A program made the position numbers and the translations under genes. A model generated the notes under the pieces. That model ran no database searches, was not told the origin of the DNA, and was given only the letters and a program-made list of their open reading frames with translations. Below are positions 48,677 to 57,865 of a DNA stretch of 64,000 nucleotides, one piece after another. Source of the stretch: Collinsella sp. (lineage in GTDB: Bacteria > Actinomycetota > Coriobacteriia > Coriobacteriales > Coriobacteriaceae); NCBI GenBank assembly GCA_018368345.1, contig JAGZEK010000002.1, positions 121,111-185,110 of the forward strand, in the 5' to 3' direction. Position 1 is the stretch's first letter, and the number at the start of each line of letters is the position of its first letter.

Positions 48677-49579
48677 ATGGGAGGGCCTATGTTCAATCCC
48701 GGTATTGCCATCGGAGATGTCCTGACCGAAAAACAAGTTCACGACACCTTCGAATGTCAGACAACGCTCGGTATTCGCATGAGCAAGAAAAACAATCTTT
48801 TTGTCATCATGTCAGGTTCGGCACGAAATAAGGTCTACGCCGACCGATGGCAAGCGGATATCCTCCTTTACAACGGAACGGACATCAATTCGGATAGCTC
48901 TGCCAGTCAGACCCTAAAAAGAGGAAACGGAAATAACAACGCTGCGCTTGCCGAAACCTGGGGGCTACCCCCTGAGTTGAGACCGGATATTTTTCTCTTT
49001 ATCAAAATTGGAACAAACCGTTGTCGCTACATGGGGCCAGTTGAACCCTGTCTTAAGCCATATATCGCCCCAAGACACGATGACCCCGAAAGGAATGTCT
49101 GGATTTTCCCCCTAAAAGTAAATCTCTCTGAAAATGAAGCGGCATACGATAAGGAGATAGCGAGCGCTCAGAAGCTGGGCACAAAAGAGCTGTGTCGCCA
49201 GCTTTTGGAAGAGTCCAAGAGGGCTCATGGGACCAAAGCAAAAACCGCTCCCTCTGCCAATCCGCGCTTCACTCGAAATTGTAAAGTGGCGGCAATTGCT
49301 AAAGAGTTAGCTGGGGGCAGGTGCGATCTTTGCGGGTCCGAAGCCCCCTTTTTAACAAAGGACGGACTTCCCTATCTTGAAGAGCATCATGTCGAGTGGC
49401 TAAGCCAAGGTGGAGCCGACAGTGTTGGTAACGTCGTCGCTCTTTGCCCAAACTGTCACAGGAAAATGCACGCACTTAACCAGCCTACCGACGTCAAACG
49501 ACTCAAAGAGAAGATTAATCTCCATCTCAGCAAAATAGCAGTGGAATACAGCTCTTTGGGAACAGGGGGTGCGCAATAA
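48677..49579 (+). CDS. SRA-like plus HNH endonuclease (McrA/TagI-like candidate Type IV restriction enzyme)
   Basis: N-domain LFVIMSGSARNKVYADRWQADILLYNGTD...QTLKRGNGNNNALAE follows the SRA pattern (SIVLSGGYEDD..YTGSGG..Q.L.RGN.AL). C-terminal HNH: CDLCGS...HHVEWLSQGGADSVGNVVALCPNCHRKMH. Confidence 0.65.
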   Translation: MGGPMFNPGIAIGDVLTEKQVHDTFECQTTLGIRMSKKNNLFVIMSGSARNKVYADRWQADILLYNGTDINSDSSASQTLKRGNGNNNAALAETWGLPPELRPDIFLFIKIGTNRCRYMGPVEPCLKPYIAPRHDDPERNVWIFPLKVNLSENEAAYDKEIASAQKLGTKELCRQLLEESKRAHGTKAKTAPSANPRFTRNCKVAAIAKELAGGRCDLCGSEAPFLTKDGLPYLEEHHVEWLSQGGADSVGNVVALCPNCHRKMHALNQPTDVKRLKEKINLHLSKIAVEYSSLGTGGAQ

Positions 49580-49681
49580 GTTTAACACCCATCCACCACA
49601 TACTGCGTTGTTGCCCTATATACTGATGTAGCACGTGTTTCATCCGGGCTTGTTGGGCCGGATTGTTCATGGGAGGGTCTT

Positions 49682-50173
49682 ATGGCTGCTTCGAATCCGC
49701 CTAAGGGGAGCGTTTCCTCTTCGTCCATCAAGCCGGTTACGCGCAAGGCCGTGCGTTGCCAGCGCGAGGTCGCTTGGCTTGTCACGCAAGCGGCGGGCAG
49801 GCTTGTGGCGAGCACGGAGGACGTCAATGCGCCTACGCCGAGCTTTGTGTTAGCGGCGGCGCTGAATTTTGTGCGCCAATTGGAGCTTGCCGCACAGGAT
49901 GCCAGCGGCCACCTCAACTACCAGAATGTTATGGCGCCCGACCTGCAAACGTTCTGCCGCATGGCCAAGTTGCCCGCCGCACCCAATGCGCTTTCGGACG
50001 CAGGCTACATGTTTACGCTTTCGGGCGCGGACCTTATCCGCAACATCTATGCATACTGCGGCGAGCTCGCCGAGCGCCACGTCTTTGACGCGGCAGAAGT
50101 CAAACCGGGATATGTCATCAAGCTGGTTCTTAGGCTGTTCTTGATGAACGAGCACGAGGCTACGCAGAAATAA
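49682..50173 (+). CDS. hypothetical protein (163 aa)
   Basis: Intact ORF downstream of the HNH gene. No recognisable motifs. Confidence 0.4.
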   Translation: MAASNPPKGSVSSSSIKPVTRKAVRCQREVAWLVTQAAGRLVASTEDVNAPTPSFVLAAALNFVRQLELAAQDASGHLNYQNVMAPDLQTFCRMAKLPAAPNALSDAGYMFTLSGADLIRNIYAYCGELAERHVFDAAEVKPGYVIKLVLRLFLMNEHEATQK

Positions 50174-50235
50174 GTCGTCCGGCAGAACCATTGTCGATCT
50201 GGCGATGACGCCTTGCCGTAGGCGTCACCGCACGA

Positions 50236-50400
50236 GCGAGGATTTTCGGACGGTCGGATATCGAGAGTGGATATTTGGACGGTTTTTGGGGCTTTTGCGG
50301 CAGATTCCGTCCGAATATCCACTCTCGTTTGGCGAGCGTCCAATTTTCCACGCTCGCGCGTCCGGATATCCACGCTCGTGCGGCGGGCGAACCGCGAGTG
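50236..50400. repeat. complex nested inverted repeat / MITE-like element at the distal island boundary (GGATATCGAGAGTGGATATTTGGACGG vs CCGTCCGAATATCCACTCTCG; outer CGCACGAGCG / CGCTCGTGCG)
   Basis: 21-bp near-perfect inverted repeat separated by 25 bp, nested in a larger approximately 160-bp imperfect palindrome. A third GGATATCCAC copy is present. Confidence 0.45.
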
Positions 50401-50515
50401 ATCGACGATCAGCCGGCATCGTCTCCAGTTCGCCGCAGTGCCGCGGCCCCATATGGGTATACTCTCGGGGATTCGACTCGATTCGCCCCCGCTGGGGCGT
50501 CAAAGGAGACTGCAT

Positions 50516-53500
50516 ATGCCCACCACCTCAACCGACCCGCGCGCCGCAGCCGCCACACTGCTGGTGCCCGGCACCACCTGTCATGGCTTTGCCGTCGAGC
50601 GCTGCGAGACCGTGCCCGAGCTCGACTCGGACGCCTACGTGCTGCGCCACACCGCCTCGGGCGCTCGCCTGCTGTACCTGGCGTGCGATGACGAGAACAA
50701 GGCCTTTGCCATTGGCTTTAAGACGCCGCCGGCCGATTCCACCGGCGTGTTCCATATTCTTGAGCACTCGGTGCTGTGCGGATCGGCCAAATTCCCCGTC
50801 AAGGAGCCGTTTGTCGACCTGATCAAGAGCTCCATGCAGACGTTCCTCAACGCCATGACCTACCCCGACAAGACCATCTACCCCGTTGCCACCACCAACG
50901 AGCAGGATCTGTACAACCTGATGGACGTGTACCTGGACGCGGTGTTCAACCCGGCCATCTATACCAAGCCCACCATTTTTGAGCAGGAGGGCTGGCACTA
51001 CGAACTGGACCTGCCGGAGGGCGACGGCGACAGCAGCGCCGCGAGCCTGCACGAGGGCACGCTGCGTTATAACGGCGTGGTGTTCAACGAGATGAAGGGC
51101 GCGCTGTCCGACCCCATGAGCGTGCTGGACGATGCCGTCAACGCCGCGCTCTATCCCGACACCGCCTATGCGCACGAGAGCGGCGGCGACCCGCGCGCGA
51201 TTCCCGCGCTCACCTACGAGCAGTTCCTGGACACGCACGCGCGACACTACAATCCCTCCAACTCCTACATCACGCTCTACGGCGACCTGGACGTGGACCG
51301 CGCACTGGCCTTTTTGGACGAGCGCTATCTGTCGCAGCCGAGTGCCGCGAGCCGCCGCATGGACGCTGCCGTTGCCGCCGGCGAGGACCCGTCCACGCTG
51401 GCGCCCAATCCGTTGGACGCGCAGGCGCCCGTGACCTGCGAGTACAAGCGCATCGAGATGGCCACCACACCCGAGAACGCCCTGGTGGGCCTGGGCCTTG
51501 TGCTGGGCAGCGCGCTCGACCGCAAGCGCACGATCGCGGCGGATATCCTGTTCGAGGCGCTGCTGGGCTCCAACGAAGCGCCGGTTAAGAAGGCCATTCT
51601 GGCCGCCGGCCTGGGCGGCAACGTGGTGAGCTACACCGCGGCCGAGAGCCTGCAGCCCTACGAGCTCATCATGCTGCAAAACGCACAGCCCGGTGTGGCG
51701 CGCGAGCTGCGTCGCGTGTTCCAGGACGCCTGCCGCGACCTGTGCGAGCACGGAGCTCCGCGCGAGCGTCTGGAAGCCATCATCAGCAGCAACGAGTACG
51801 ACCTGCGCCAGCGTGACTATGGCATCGCCGACGGCGTGGCCATTGCGTGCGACGCGCTGAGCACCTGGCTCTACGATGACGACGCCGCGACGCTGGCGCT
51901 CAAGTACGGCCCGGTGTACGAGGAGCTGCGTAGCGAGCTGGACGGCAGCTATTTTGAGGACCTGCTGCGCGAGCTGGTGCTGGAAAACGACCACATGGCA
52001 CTGGTCGAGCTGGTGCCGGTGGACGCCGCCGAGGGTTCGGAGGGTGCCGAGGCCGCCGAGCTGGCAGCCAAGCGCGATGCCATGACCGATGCCGAGCTGA
52101 CCGACGTGGTCGAGCGCACGGCCGCGCTGCGTGCCGCGCAGGAGGCGGAAGACACACCCGAGGCCAAGGCCACGCTGCCGCGCCTGCGCGTGTCCGACAT
52201 TGGCGAGGCGCGCCCCGAGCCGCCACTGATCGTGGACACGACCGTGCCCATCCCCTGCCTGCGCCACGGCATCCCCACCAACCGTCTGGCCTACGCCATG
52301 CAGTATTTCGACCTGAACTGCGTCGCGTTTGAGGACCTGCCCTATGTGACACTGCTCTGCCGCCTGCTTAAGCAGCTGCCCACGCGCGAGCACTCGGCCG
52401 AGGAACTCGACAACTTGCTCGCTGGCAAGCTCGGCTTTTTGAGCTTTACGACCGAGGTCATGACGCAGCCCGAAGTGGACGGCGTGCGCCCCTACCTGCT
52501 GGTGAGCGCCGGCGCCCTGTCCGAGAAGATCGATGCGCTGGCGAGTCTGCCGCGCGAGGTATGGTCGAGCACGCTTTTGGCAGATGCCGACGCCGACCGC
52601 GTGCGCGACGTGCTCACACAGATTCGCATTGGGCTTGAGCAGGGCTTTATCAACAACGGCCACTCGGCGGCGCTCGGTCGCGCGATGAGCTACAGCTCGC
52701 CTTCGGCCGTGGTGCGCGAGCAGCTTTCAGGCGTGGACTTCTATCTGTTCCTGCGCGACCTGCTCGACCACTTTGACGAGCGCGTGAACGGGTTGCGTAC
52801 CAAGCTTGCCGAGCTGGCAGGCCGCATCTTTGTGGCCGATGGCTGCCTGGCGAGCTTTACCGGCAGCGACGAGGACTTTAACGCATACTGGGCCGCCGCG
52901 GGCGACCTGGAGCTGGGCGCTGGCGACGGCGCCGATGCCGGCCGCAACGCGCTCGTGGTGCCGACGCCGTGCGACCGCCACGAGGCCTTTGTCATCCCCA
53001 GCGACATCTGTTTTGCGGCAAGCGCGTGCGACCCGCGTCGCTTGGGCATCGACGTGACGGGCGCCTGGGCGGTTGCCGCCAACGCGCTCTCCTACGACTA
53101 TCTGTGGAACGAGATCCGCGTTAAGGGCGGCGCGTACGGCTGCGGATTCCGCGCGGCCGGCGAGCGTCAGGCGGCGTTCTACACCTACCGCGACCCGGCA
53201 ATCGACCCCTCGATTGAGCGCGTGGCGCGCGCGGGCGAATGGCTCGGCAGCTTTGATCCCGACGAGGCCGCCTTTGAGGGCTTTATCGTGAGCTGCGTGA
53301 GCGGCATGGACGCGCCGGTGAAGCCGTACGCGCTCACCAAGCGCCGCAACACGACCTACCTGGCCGGGCTCGATCCGCATGCGCGCGAGGAGCGCCGCGC
53401 CCAGATGCTCGCCGCCACGCCCGGTGAGCTTCGCTCGCTCGGCGCCGACGTAACGCGCATCGCAGCCGAGTCGCCCACCTGCGTCTTTGGCGGCCGCGAC

Positions 53501-53551
53501 GTCATCGCCAAGAGCAACGCCGGCTTCAACGTCATCGACCTGCTGGGCTAA
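50516..53551 (+). CDS. M16C-family zinc metallopeptidase (insulinase/PreP-like, ~1010 aa)
   Basis: Inverted zincin HILEH motif, downstream E..E. Confidence 0.9.
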   Translation: MPTTSTDPRAAAATLLVPGTTCHGFAVERCETVPELDSDAYVLRHTASGARLLYLACDDENKAFAIGFKTPPADSTGVFHILEHSVLCGSAKFPVKEPFVDLIKSSMQTFLNAMTYPDKTIYPVATTNEQDLYNLMDVYLDAVFNPAIYTKPTIFEQEGWHYELDLPEGDGDSSAASLHEGTLRYNGVVFNEMKGALSDPMSVLDDAVNAALYPDTAYAHESGGDPRAIPALTYEQFLDTHARHYNPSNSYITLYGDLDVDRALAFLDERYLSQPSAASRRMDAAVAAGEDPSTLAPNPLDAQAPVTCEYKRIEMATTPENALVGLGLVLGSALDRKRTIAADILFEALLGSNEAPVKKAILAAGLGGNVVSYTAAESLQPYELIMLQNAQPGVARELRRVFQDACRDLCEHGAPRERLEAIISSNEYDLRQRDYGIADGVAIACDALSTWLYDDDAATLALKYGPVYEELRSELDGSYFEDLLRELVLENDHMALVELVPVDAAEGSEGAEAAELAAKRDAMTDAELTDVVERTAALRAAQEAEDTPEAKATLPRLRVSDIGEARPEPPLIVDTTVPIPCLRHGIPTNRLAYAMQYFDLNCVAFEDLPYVTLLCRLLKQLPTREHSAEELDNLLAGKLGFLSFTTEVMTQPEVDGVRPYLLVSAGALSEKIDALASLPREVWSSTLLADADADRVRDVLTQIRIGLEQGFINNGHSAALGRAMSYSSPSAVVREQLSGVDFYLFLRDLLDHFDERVNGLRTKLAELAGRIFVADGCLASFTGSDEDFNAYWAAAGDLELGAGDGADAGRNALVVPTPCDRHEAFVIPSDICFAASACDPRRLGIDVTGAWAVAANALSYDYLWNEIRVKGGAYGCGFRAAGERQAAFYTYRDPAIDPSIERVARAGEWLGSFDPDEAAFEGFIVSCVSGMDAPVKPYALTKRRNTTYLAGLDPHAREERRAQMLAATPGELRSLGADVTRIAAESPTCVFGGRDVIAKSNAGFNVIDLLG

Positions 53552-53558
53552 CGCACTA

Positions 53559-53600
53559 AAGGTAGATTTTTGGGACATGCCCGAAAATCTACCTTTTTTC
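53559..53600 (+). terminator. rho-independent terminator of the M16 peptidase gene
   Basis: ggtagatttttgggacatgcccgaaaatctacctttttt. Confidence 0.75.
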
Positions 53601-53629
53601 TGCGGCATGAGCGGGGCGGCGCAGCCCAC

Positions 53630-53790
53630 CGCGGCGGTTTGTCTCAATCTGTAACATCTAGACGGCAATATCGGCTCCAGATGTTACAGATCGAGACGTT
53701 TCCAGACGACGCCGACCTTTTGTCTCAATCTGTAACAACTAGGTCCAATTTTGCCGAGTTACTGTTACAGATCGAGACAAACCGCCGCAG
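53630..53790. repeat. two tandem ~66-bp hairpin elements with conserved 19-bp arms (TGTCTCAATCTGTAACA / TGTTACAGATCGAGACA) and unrelated loops; the outer flanks (GCGGCGGTTTGTCTC / GAGACAAACCGCCGC) are also complementary
   Basis: Arms L1 53640-53658, R1 53681-53699, L2 53720-53738, R2 53763-53781. Confidence 0.6.
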
Positions 53791-53818
53791 ACGCCCATCA
53801 CAGCACAGATAAAACCCG

Positions 53819-53843
53819 CCAAAATAAACCTGTCCCTTTTTGG
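53819..53843. repeat. solo terminal inverted repeat of the 2352-2507 MITE-like family (CCAAAATAAACCTGTCCCTTTTTGG), immediately upstream of the MTHFS gene
   Basis: Exact reverse complement of 2352-2376. Confidence 0.5.
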
Positions 53844-53866
53844 CAAGTTTGCTAGAGGAGGTTGGG

Positions 53867-54463
53867 ATGGACAAGGCTGAGTTGCGGCGGGCGGTGATTG
53901 CTCGGCGTGATGCTCTTGATTTGGACTTGCGGGCAGCGAAGTCTGCCGTTATCTGCGCGCGGCTTGTTGAGCTGTTGGATCGCTTGGATGCCGCGGCGCC
54001 GCACACCGTTGCCATCTATGCCGCGATGGGCTCCGAAGTCGACCCAGCCGCGTTTGCCGCTGCGGCCGCCAAACGCGGCTGGCGCGTGGCCTATCCGTGC
54101 ATGCTCTCGGCAATTGATGCCGCAGCTTGTGGCCAGCGCATGTGCATGCGAGCAGTTGCCGCCGACGATGCGTCCGCGGCTCCGTTTATCGCCCACCCCG
54201 CGAGGGCCTTCGCGGCCACGGACATCGACAGCGACCGCTTCCCCATCGTGCCTGCCGAAGCACTCGACATGATTGTTGTGCCGCTCGTGGCCTTCGATCA
54301 AACCGGCGCGCGCCTGGGCTACGGCGGCGGCTGCTATGACCGCTACCTGCCCATGCTCTCGCCCGTATGTCAAATCGTCGGCATCGCCTTCGACGAACAA
54401 CGCATCAACCACGTCCCCACCGATGCCCACGACCTGCCGCTACCCAACATCATCAGCGCCTAA
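53867..54463 (+). CDS. 5-formyltetrahydrofolate cyclo-ligase
   Basis: MTHFS family: GYGGGCYDRYL, PLVAFDQTGARLG. Start at MDKAELRRAV. Confidence 0.85.
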   Translation: MDKAELRRAVIARRDALDLDLRAAKSAVICARLVELLDRLDAAAPHTVAIYAAMGSEVDPAAFAAAAAKRGWRVAYPCMLSAIDAAACGQRMCMRAVAADDASAAPFIAHPARAFAATDIDSDRFPIVPAEALDMIVVPLVAFDQTGARLGYGGGCYDRYLPMLSPVCQIVGIAFDEQRINHVPTDAHDLPLPNIISA

Positions 54464-54505
54464 CCGCCGCCACATCAGCCACGGCTACAGCAGTACCATC
54501 ACAGC

Positions 54506-55432
54506 CTAGTGCTCCTCGCCGGCGCGGGCCAGGTCGTAGGGCGTGGTCTGGTAGACGTAGTAGTTGAGCCAGTTGGTGTAGAACAGCTGAGCCTGGCTGC
54601 GCCAGACGTTACGCGGCTCGGCGGTGGGGTCGTCACCTGGGAAGTAATGCGCCGGCACCTGGGGGTTGAGCCCGCGCTTCACGTCGCGCTCGTACTCCAA
54701 GCGCAACGTGTCGGTATCGTACTCGGGATGGCCAAAGACAAAGAAGCGGCGGCTGTCGGTCGACTTGACGATGTACAAGCCCACCTCGTCGGACACGGCC
54801 ACGACCTCAAGCTGCGGCTCGGCCTCCACGTCCTCGCGGCGCACATCGGTGTTGCGCGAATGCACGGCATAGAAACGGTCGTCGAAGCCGCGGACCAGCG
54901 GGCTTTGCGGCTTCACCAGATAATGCTCGAACACACCGCTCGCCTTTGCCGGCAGGTCGTACTTCTGGATACCGTAATGATGGTACAGGCCAGCCTGCGC
55001 GCCCCAACAAATGTGCAGCGTAGAGTGCACGTGCGTGGTGGACCAATCCATGATCTGGCAGAGCTCGGGCCAGTAGTCGACCTCTTCGAACGGCATCTGC
55101 TCCACCGGCGCGCCCGTGATGATCAGGCCGTCGTAGTGGATGTCGCGGATGTCGTCGAACGTGCGGTAGAACGTCTCCAAGTGGCCGGCGCTCACGTGCG
55201 TGGCCTCGTGCGTCTTGGTGCGCAGCAGGTCCACCTCCACCTGCAGCGGCGTGTTGGAGAGCTTGCGCATGATCTGCGTCTCGGTGGCAATCTTGGTGGG
55301 CATGAGGTTGAGGATGAGCACGCGCAGCGGACGGATGTCCTGGTGCAGCGCGCGGTACTCGGTCATGACAAAGATGTTCTCGCTCTCGAGCTGCGCGGCG
55401 GCAGGGAGGGCGTCGGGGATGCGAATGGGCAT
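54506..55432 (-). CDS. metA: homoserine O-acyltransferase (MetA/HTS family)
   Basis: [10 protein letters not shown]..., conserved VLILNLMP and GLIITGAP, catalytic Cys/His region (HICWGAQ). Confidence 0.9.
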   Translation of the reverse strand: MPIRIPDALPAAAQLESENIFVMTEYRALHQDIRPLRVLILNLMPTKIATETQIMRKLSNTPLQVEVDLLRTKTHEATHVSAGHLETFYRTFDDIRDIHYDGLIITGAPVEQMPFEEVDYWPELCQIMDWSTTHVHSTLHICWGAQAGLYHHYGIQKYDLPAKASGVFEHYLVKPQSPLVRGFDDRFYAVHSRNTDVRREDVEAEPQLEVVAVSDEVGLYIVKSTDSRRFFVFGHPEYDTDTLRLEYERDVKRGLNPQVPAHYFPGDDPTAEPRNVWRSQAQLFYTNWLNYYVYQTTPYDLARAGEEH

Positions 55433-55642
55433 GGATGCTCCTTACGAGTCAGTTGCAGCTATGGTACAACGACCGGCCCCATCCGCGCGAGCACATCGCC
55501 CAGCGATGCCGTCAGCGGCCCAAATCACTCCAAAAGTAGAGATTAAGGCATGTCCAAAAATCTACGGCGCTTTAGCCTAGCAAAGTGGCAGCAGGACGCT
55601 ACAATGGTTCGACGCGAAAAACTCGGCCGAAAGGATACGTAT

Positions 55643-56620
55643 ATGTACCAGACGCGTAAGATCGGTGTGGTCGGCCAGGGCCACGTAGGAGCACATGTCG
55701 CCAACAGCCTGCTCATGCAGGGCATTGCCGATGAGCTGTACCTGTGCGATAGCAACGAGGCCAAAGTGACGTCCGAGGTCCAGGACCTGCGCGACTCCCT
55801 TTCGTTTGTCCCGTACAACACCAAGATCGTCAACTGCTACGACCACTACGAGGAGCTTGCCTGCTGCGACGTCATCGTCAACGCTGCCGGCAAGGTCGCG
55901 CTGGCCGCCGGCAACCGCGACGGCGAGCTGTTCTTTACCACCGACGCCGCCCGCTCCTTTGCCAAGCGCATCGTCGACGCCAGCTTTGACGGCATCTTCG
56001 TGAGCATCTCCAACCCCTGCGACGTCGTGTGCACCGAGCTGTGGCACCTGACCGGCTACGATCCCAAGAAGATCATCGGCTCGGGCTGCGGTCTGGACTC
56101 CGCCCGCTTGCGCACCGAGATCTCCAAGAAGGTCGGCGTGAGCCCCAAGTCCATCGACGCCTACATGATCGGCGAGCACGGCTTTAGCCAGCTTGCTGCC
56201 TTTAAGGCCGCAACCATCGCTGGCAAAAACCTCAACGAGCTTCAGGCCGAGAACCCCGACAAGTACGCCTTCGACCACATGGAGGTCGAGGAGCTTGCAC
56301 GCAAGGGCGGCTATGTGACCTACCAGGGCAAGCAGTGCACCGAGTACGCCGTTGCCAACTCCGCCGCGCGCGTCTGCGCCGCCGTGCTGCACAACGAGCA
56401 CGCCGTGCTTTCGGCCTCTACGCTTATGACCGGCCAGTATGGCGAGGAGGGTATCTTTACCTCCCTGCCGTGCGTGATCGGTGCCGAGGGCGTCGAGGAG
56501 GTCTACACACTCGACCTTTCCGAGCACGAGCTCGAGGGCTTCCACAAGAGCTGCCAGCACATCCGCGACAACATCGCCCAGCTCGACTGGTGGGATACCG
56601 AGGCCTACGACGCCAAGTAA
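55643..56620 (+). CDS. ldh: L-lactate dehydrogenase (LDH/MDH superfamily)
   Basis: GVVGQGHVGA Rossmann motif, substrate Arg (DSARLR), catalytic MIGEHG. Confidence 0.9.
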   Translation: MYQTRKIGVVGQGHVGAHVANSLLMQGIADELYLCDSNEAKVTSEVQDLRDSLSFVPYNTKIVNCYDHYEELACCDVIVNAAGKVALAAGNRDGELFFTTDAARSFAKRIVDASFDGIFVSISNPCDVVCTELWHLTGYDPKKIIGSGCGLDSARLRTEISKKVGVSPKSIDAYMIGEHGFSQLAAFKAATIAGKNLNELQAENPDKYAFDHMEVEELARKGGYVTYQGKQCTEYAVANSAARVCAAVLHNEHAVLSASTLMTGQYGEEGIFTSLPCVIGAEGVEEVYTLDLSEHELEGFHKSCQHIRDNIAQLDWWDTEAYDAK

Positions 56621-56661
56621 GCCGCTGGCTGCCGCAACCTTGCGAATCTATGCGCGATACT

Positions 56662-56705
56662 AAGCGGGCCGCGCCGGAAACCCACCGGCGCGGCCCGCTT
56701 TTTGA
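56662..56705. terminator. bidirectional terminator between ldh and the SIS-domain gene
   Basis: aagcgggccgcgccggaaacccaccggcgcggcccgctttttg: a 13-bp stem with U/A tracts on both sides. Confidence 0.8.
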
Positions 56706-56752
56706 CTCACGCAGTGCCCCTGCGAATCGAAGGTGAATACTTTTCCCGTTAC

Positions 56753-57721
56753 TTAGTACTGCTCGATGCCCATGTAGCGACGAATCTCAGGGCTGTGGTC
56801 GAACACCTTTCCGCGGGCGGCGCGCAGCTCGCAGCTCATGTTGTAGAAGAAGATCGGCTCCAGGTACGAACGCACGCTGGCGGGCACCTCGCCCACGCCG
56901 TACTCGAGTGCATCGAGCACCATTACCGTATCGGTATGCGTGTTGAGGAACGCCAGCGCGCGCTCCTCCATGGGGCGGCACTCGCCCGATCCGAGCTGCA
57001 CAAAGTAGAACACGCCGGGCTCGGTGGCCTCGAAGGGGCCGTGGAAGTACTCGCCGGAGTGGATGTAGCAGCAGTGCTGCCACTGCATCTCCATGAGCGA
57101 GCAGATAGCCATGGCATAGGTCTGGCTAAAGTTGGGGCCGGAACCAAGGATATAGAAGAACTTGTGCTGCTGGCAGAGCTCGGCAAAGCGATCGCCCAGC
57201 TCGGCGTTGACCTTCTCGCGGGCGGCGGGCAGCAGCGCATCCATCTGCTTAAGGCCCTCGTACATGTCAGCGAGTGCCTCGTAGCCTTCCTGCTGGTCGA
57301 GCAGCTCGGCGGCGATCAGAGCGCCGATGCCCTGCGGCACCTCGACCTGTGACACGCCCTCGCCCCACGGATAGACCCAGGTGGTCCACTTGCCGTTATC
57401 GATCTTGGAGCCCTCGCAGTCGGTGAGGGCAACGACCTCGGCACCGGCCGCCAGCGCCATCTCGCAGCCGTCGACGACCTCTTGCGTGTTGCCGCTGTGG
57501 CTGCAGGCAATAACGAGCGACTTCGGCCCTAGGCTCTTGGGGGCCATCAGGCAAAACTCGCGTGCCGTGTAGACCGTCGAGGTAAACGTGGTGGCCTCGC
57601 GCTTGAGCAGCTCGTTGGCCGGCATCAGGTCGATCATCGAACCGCCGCAGGCGATCCAAAAGACGTTCTCAATCTTGCCCTTGCGCTCGATGATTTCCTG
57701 AATCAGATCGTGTGCGTTCAT
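56753..57721 (-). CDS. SIS-domain sugar-phosphate isomerase/deglycase (AgaS/FrlB-like)
   Basis: Two SIS repeats (IACSHSGNTQE, ILGSGPNFSQTYAMAI). Confidence 0.8.
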   Translation of the reverse strand: MNAHDLIQEIIERKGKIENVFWIACGGSMIDLMPANELLKREATTFTSTVYTAREFCLMAPKSLGPKSLVIACSHSGNTQEVVDGCEMALAAGAEVVALTDCEGSKIDNGKWTTWVYPWGEGVSQVEVPQGIGALIAAELLDQQEGYEALADMYEGLKQMDALLPAAREKVNAELGDRFAELCQQHKFFYILGSGPNFSQTYAMAICSLMEMQWQHCCYIHSGEYFHGPFEATEPGVFYFVQLGSGECRPMEERALAFLNTHTDTVMVLDALEYGVGEVPASVRSYLEPIFFYNMSCELRAARGKVFDHSPEIRRYMGIEQY

Positions 57722-57750
57722 GGTGATGCCCCTTCTTGTGTGGCGGTTTT

Positions 57751-57781
57751 GAACGACTGCAGCTCGTACCTGCAGTCGTTC
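57751..57781. promoter_or_regulatory. perfect 12-bp inverted repeat GAACGACTGCAG-N7-CTGCAGTCGTTC about 30 nt upstream of the SIS gene start; candidate GntR operator
   Basis: No U-tract on either side, so not a canonical terminator. Direct repeats TTGTTCTAT x2 lie just downstream of the GntR stop. Confidence 0.35.
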
Positions 57782-57865
57782 TATGTTGTCCTATTTATAG
57801 CACGCACGACGACGCCCGTGAAGCCATTCCACCAAACTTGTTCTATATTGTTCTATCTATGGACG

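Noticed and set aside
43317-50400. Integrase-mobilised genomic island or prophage
   Set aside because: No integrase, excisionase, transposase or phage structural genes are present, and no duplicate of the tRNA-Val 3' end was found downstream. The region is called a defence island only by content, tRNA adjacency and GC anomaly.
53630-53790. CRISPR array
   Set aside because: The repeated 19-mers occur as inverted pairs forming hairpins rather than direct repeats separated by unique spacers. There are only two units and no cas genes nearby.
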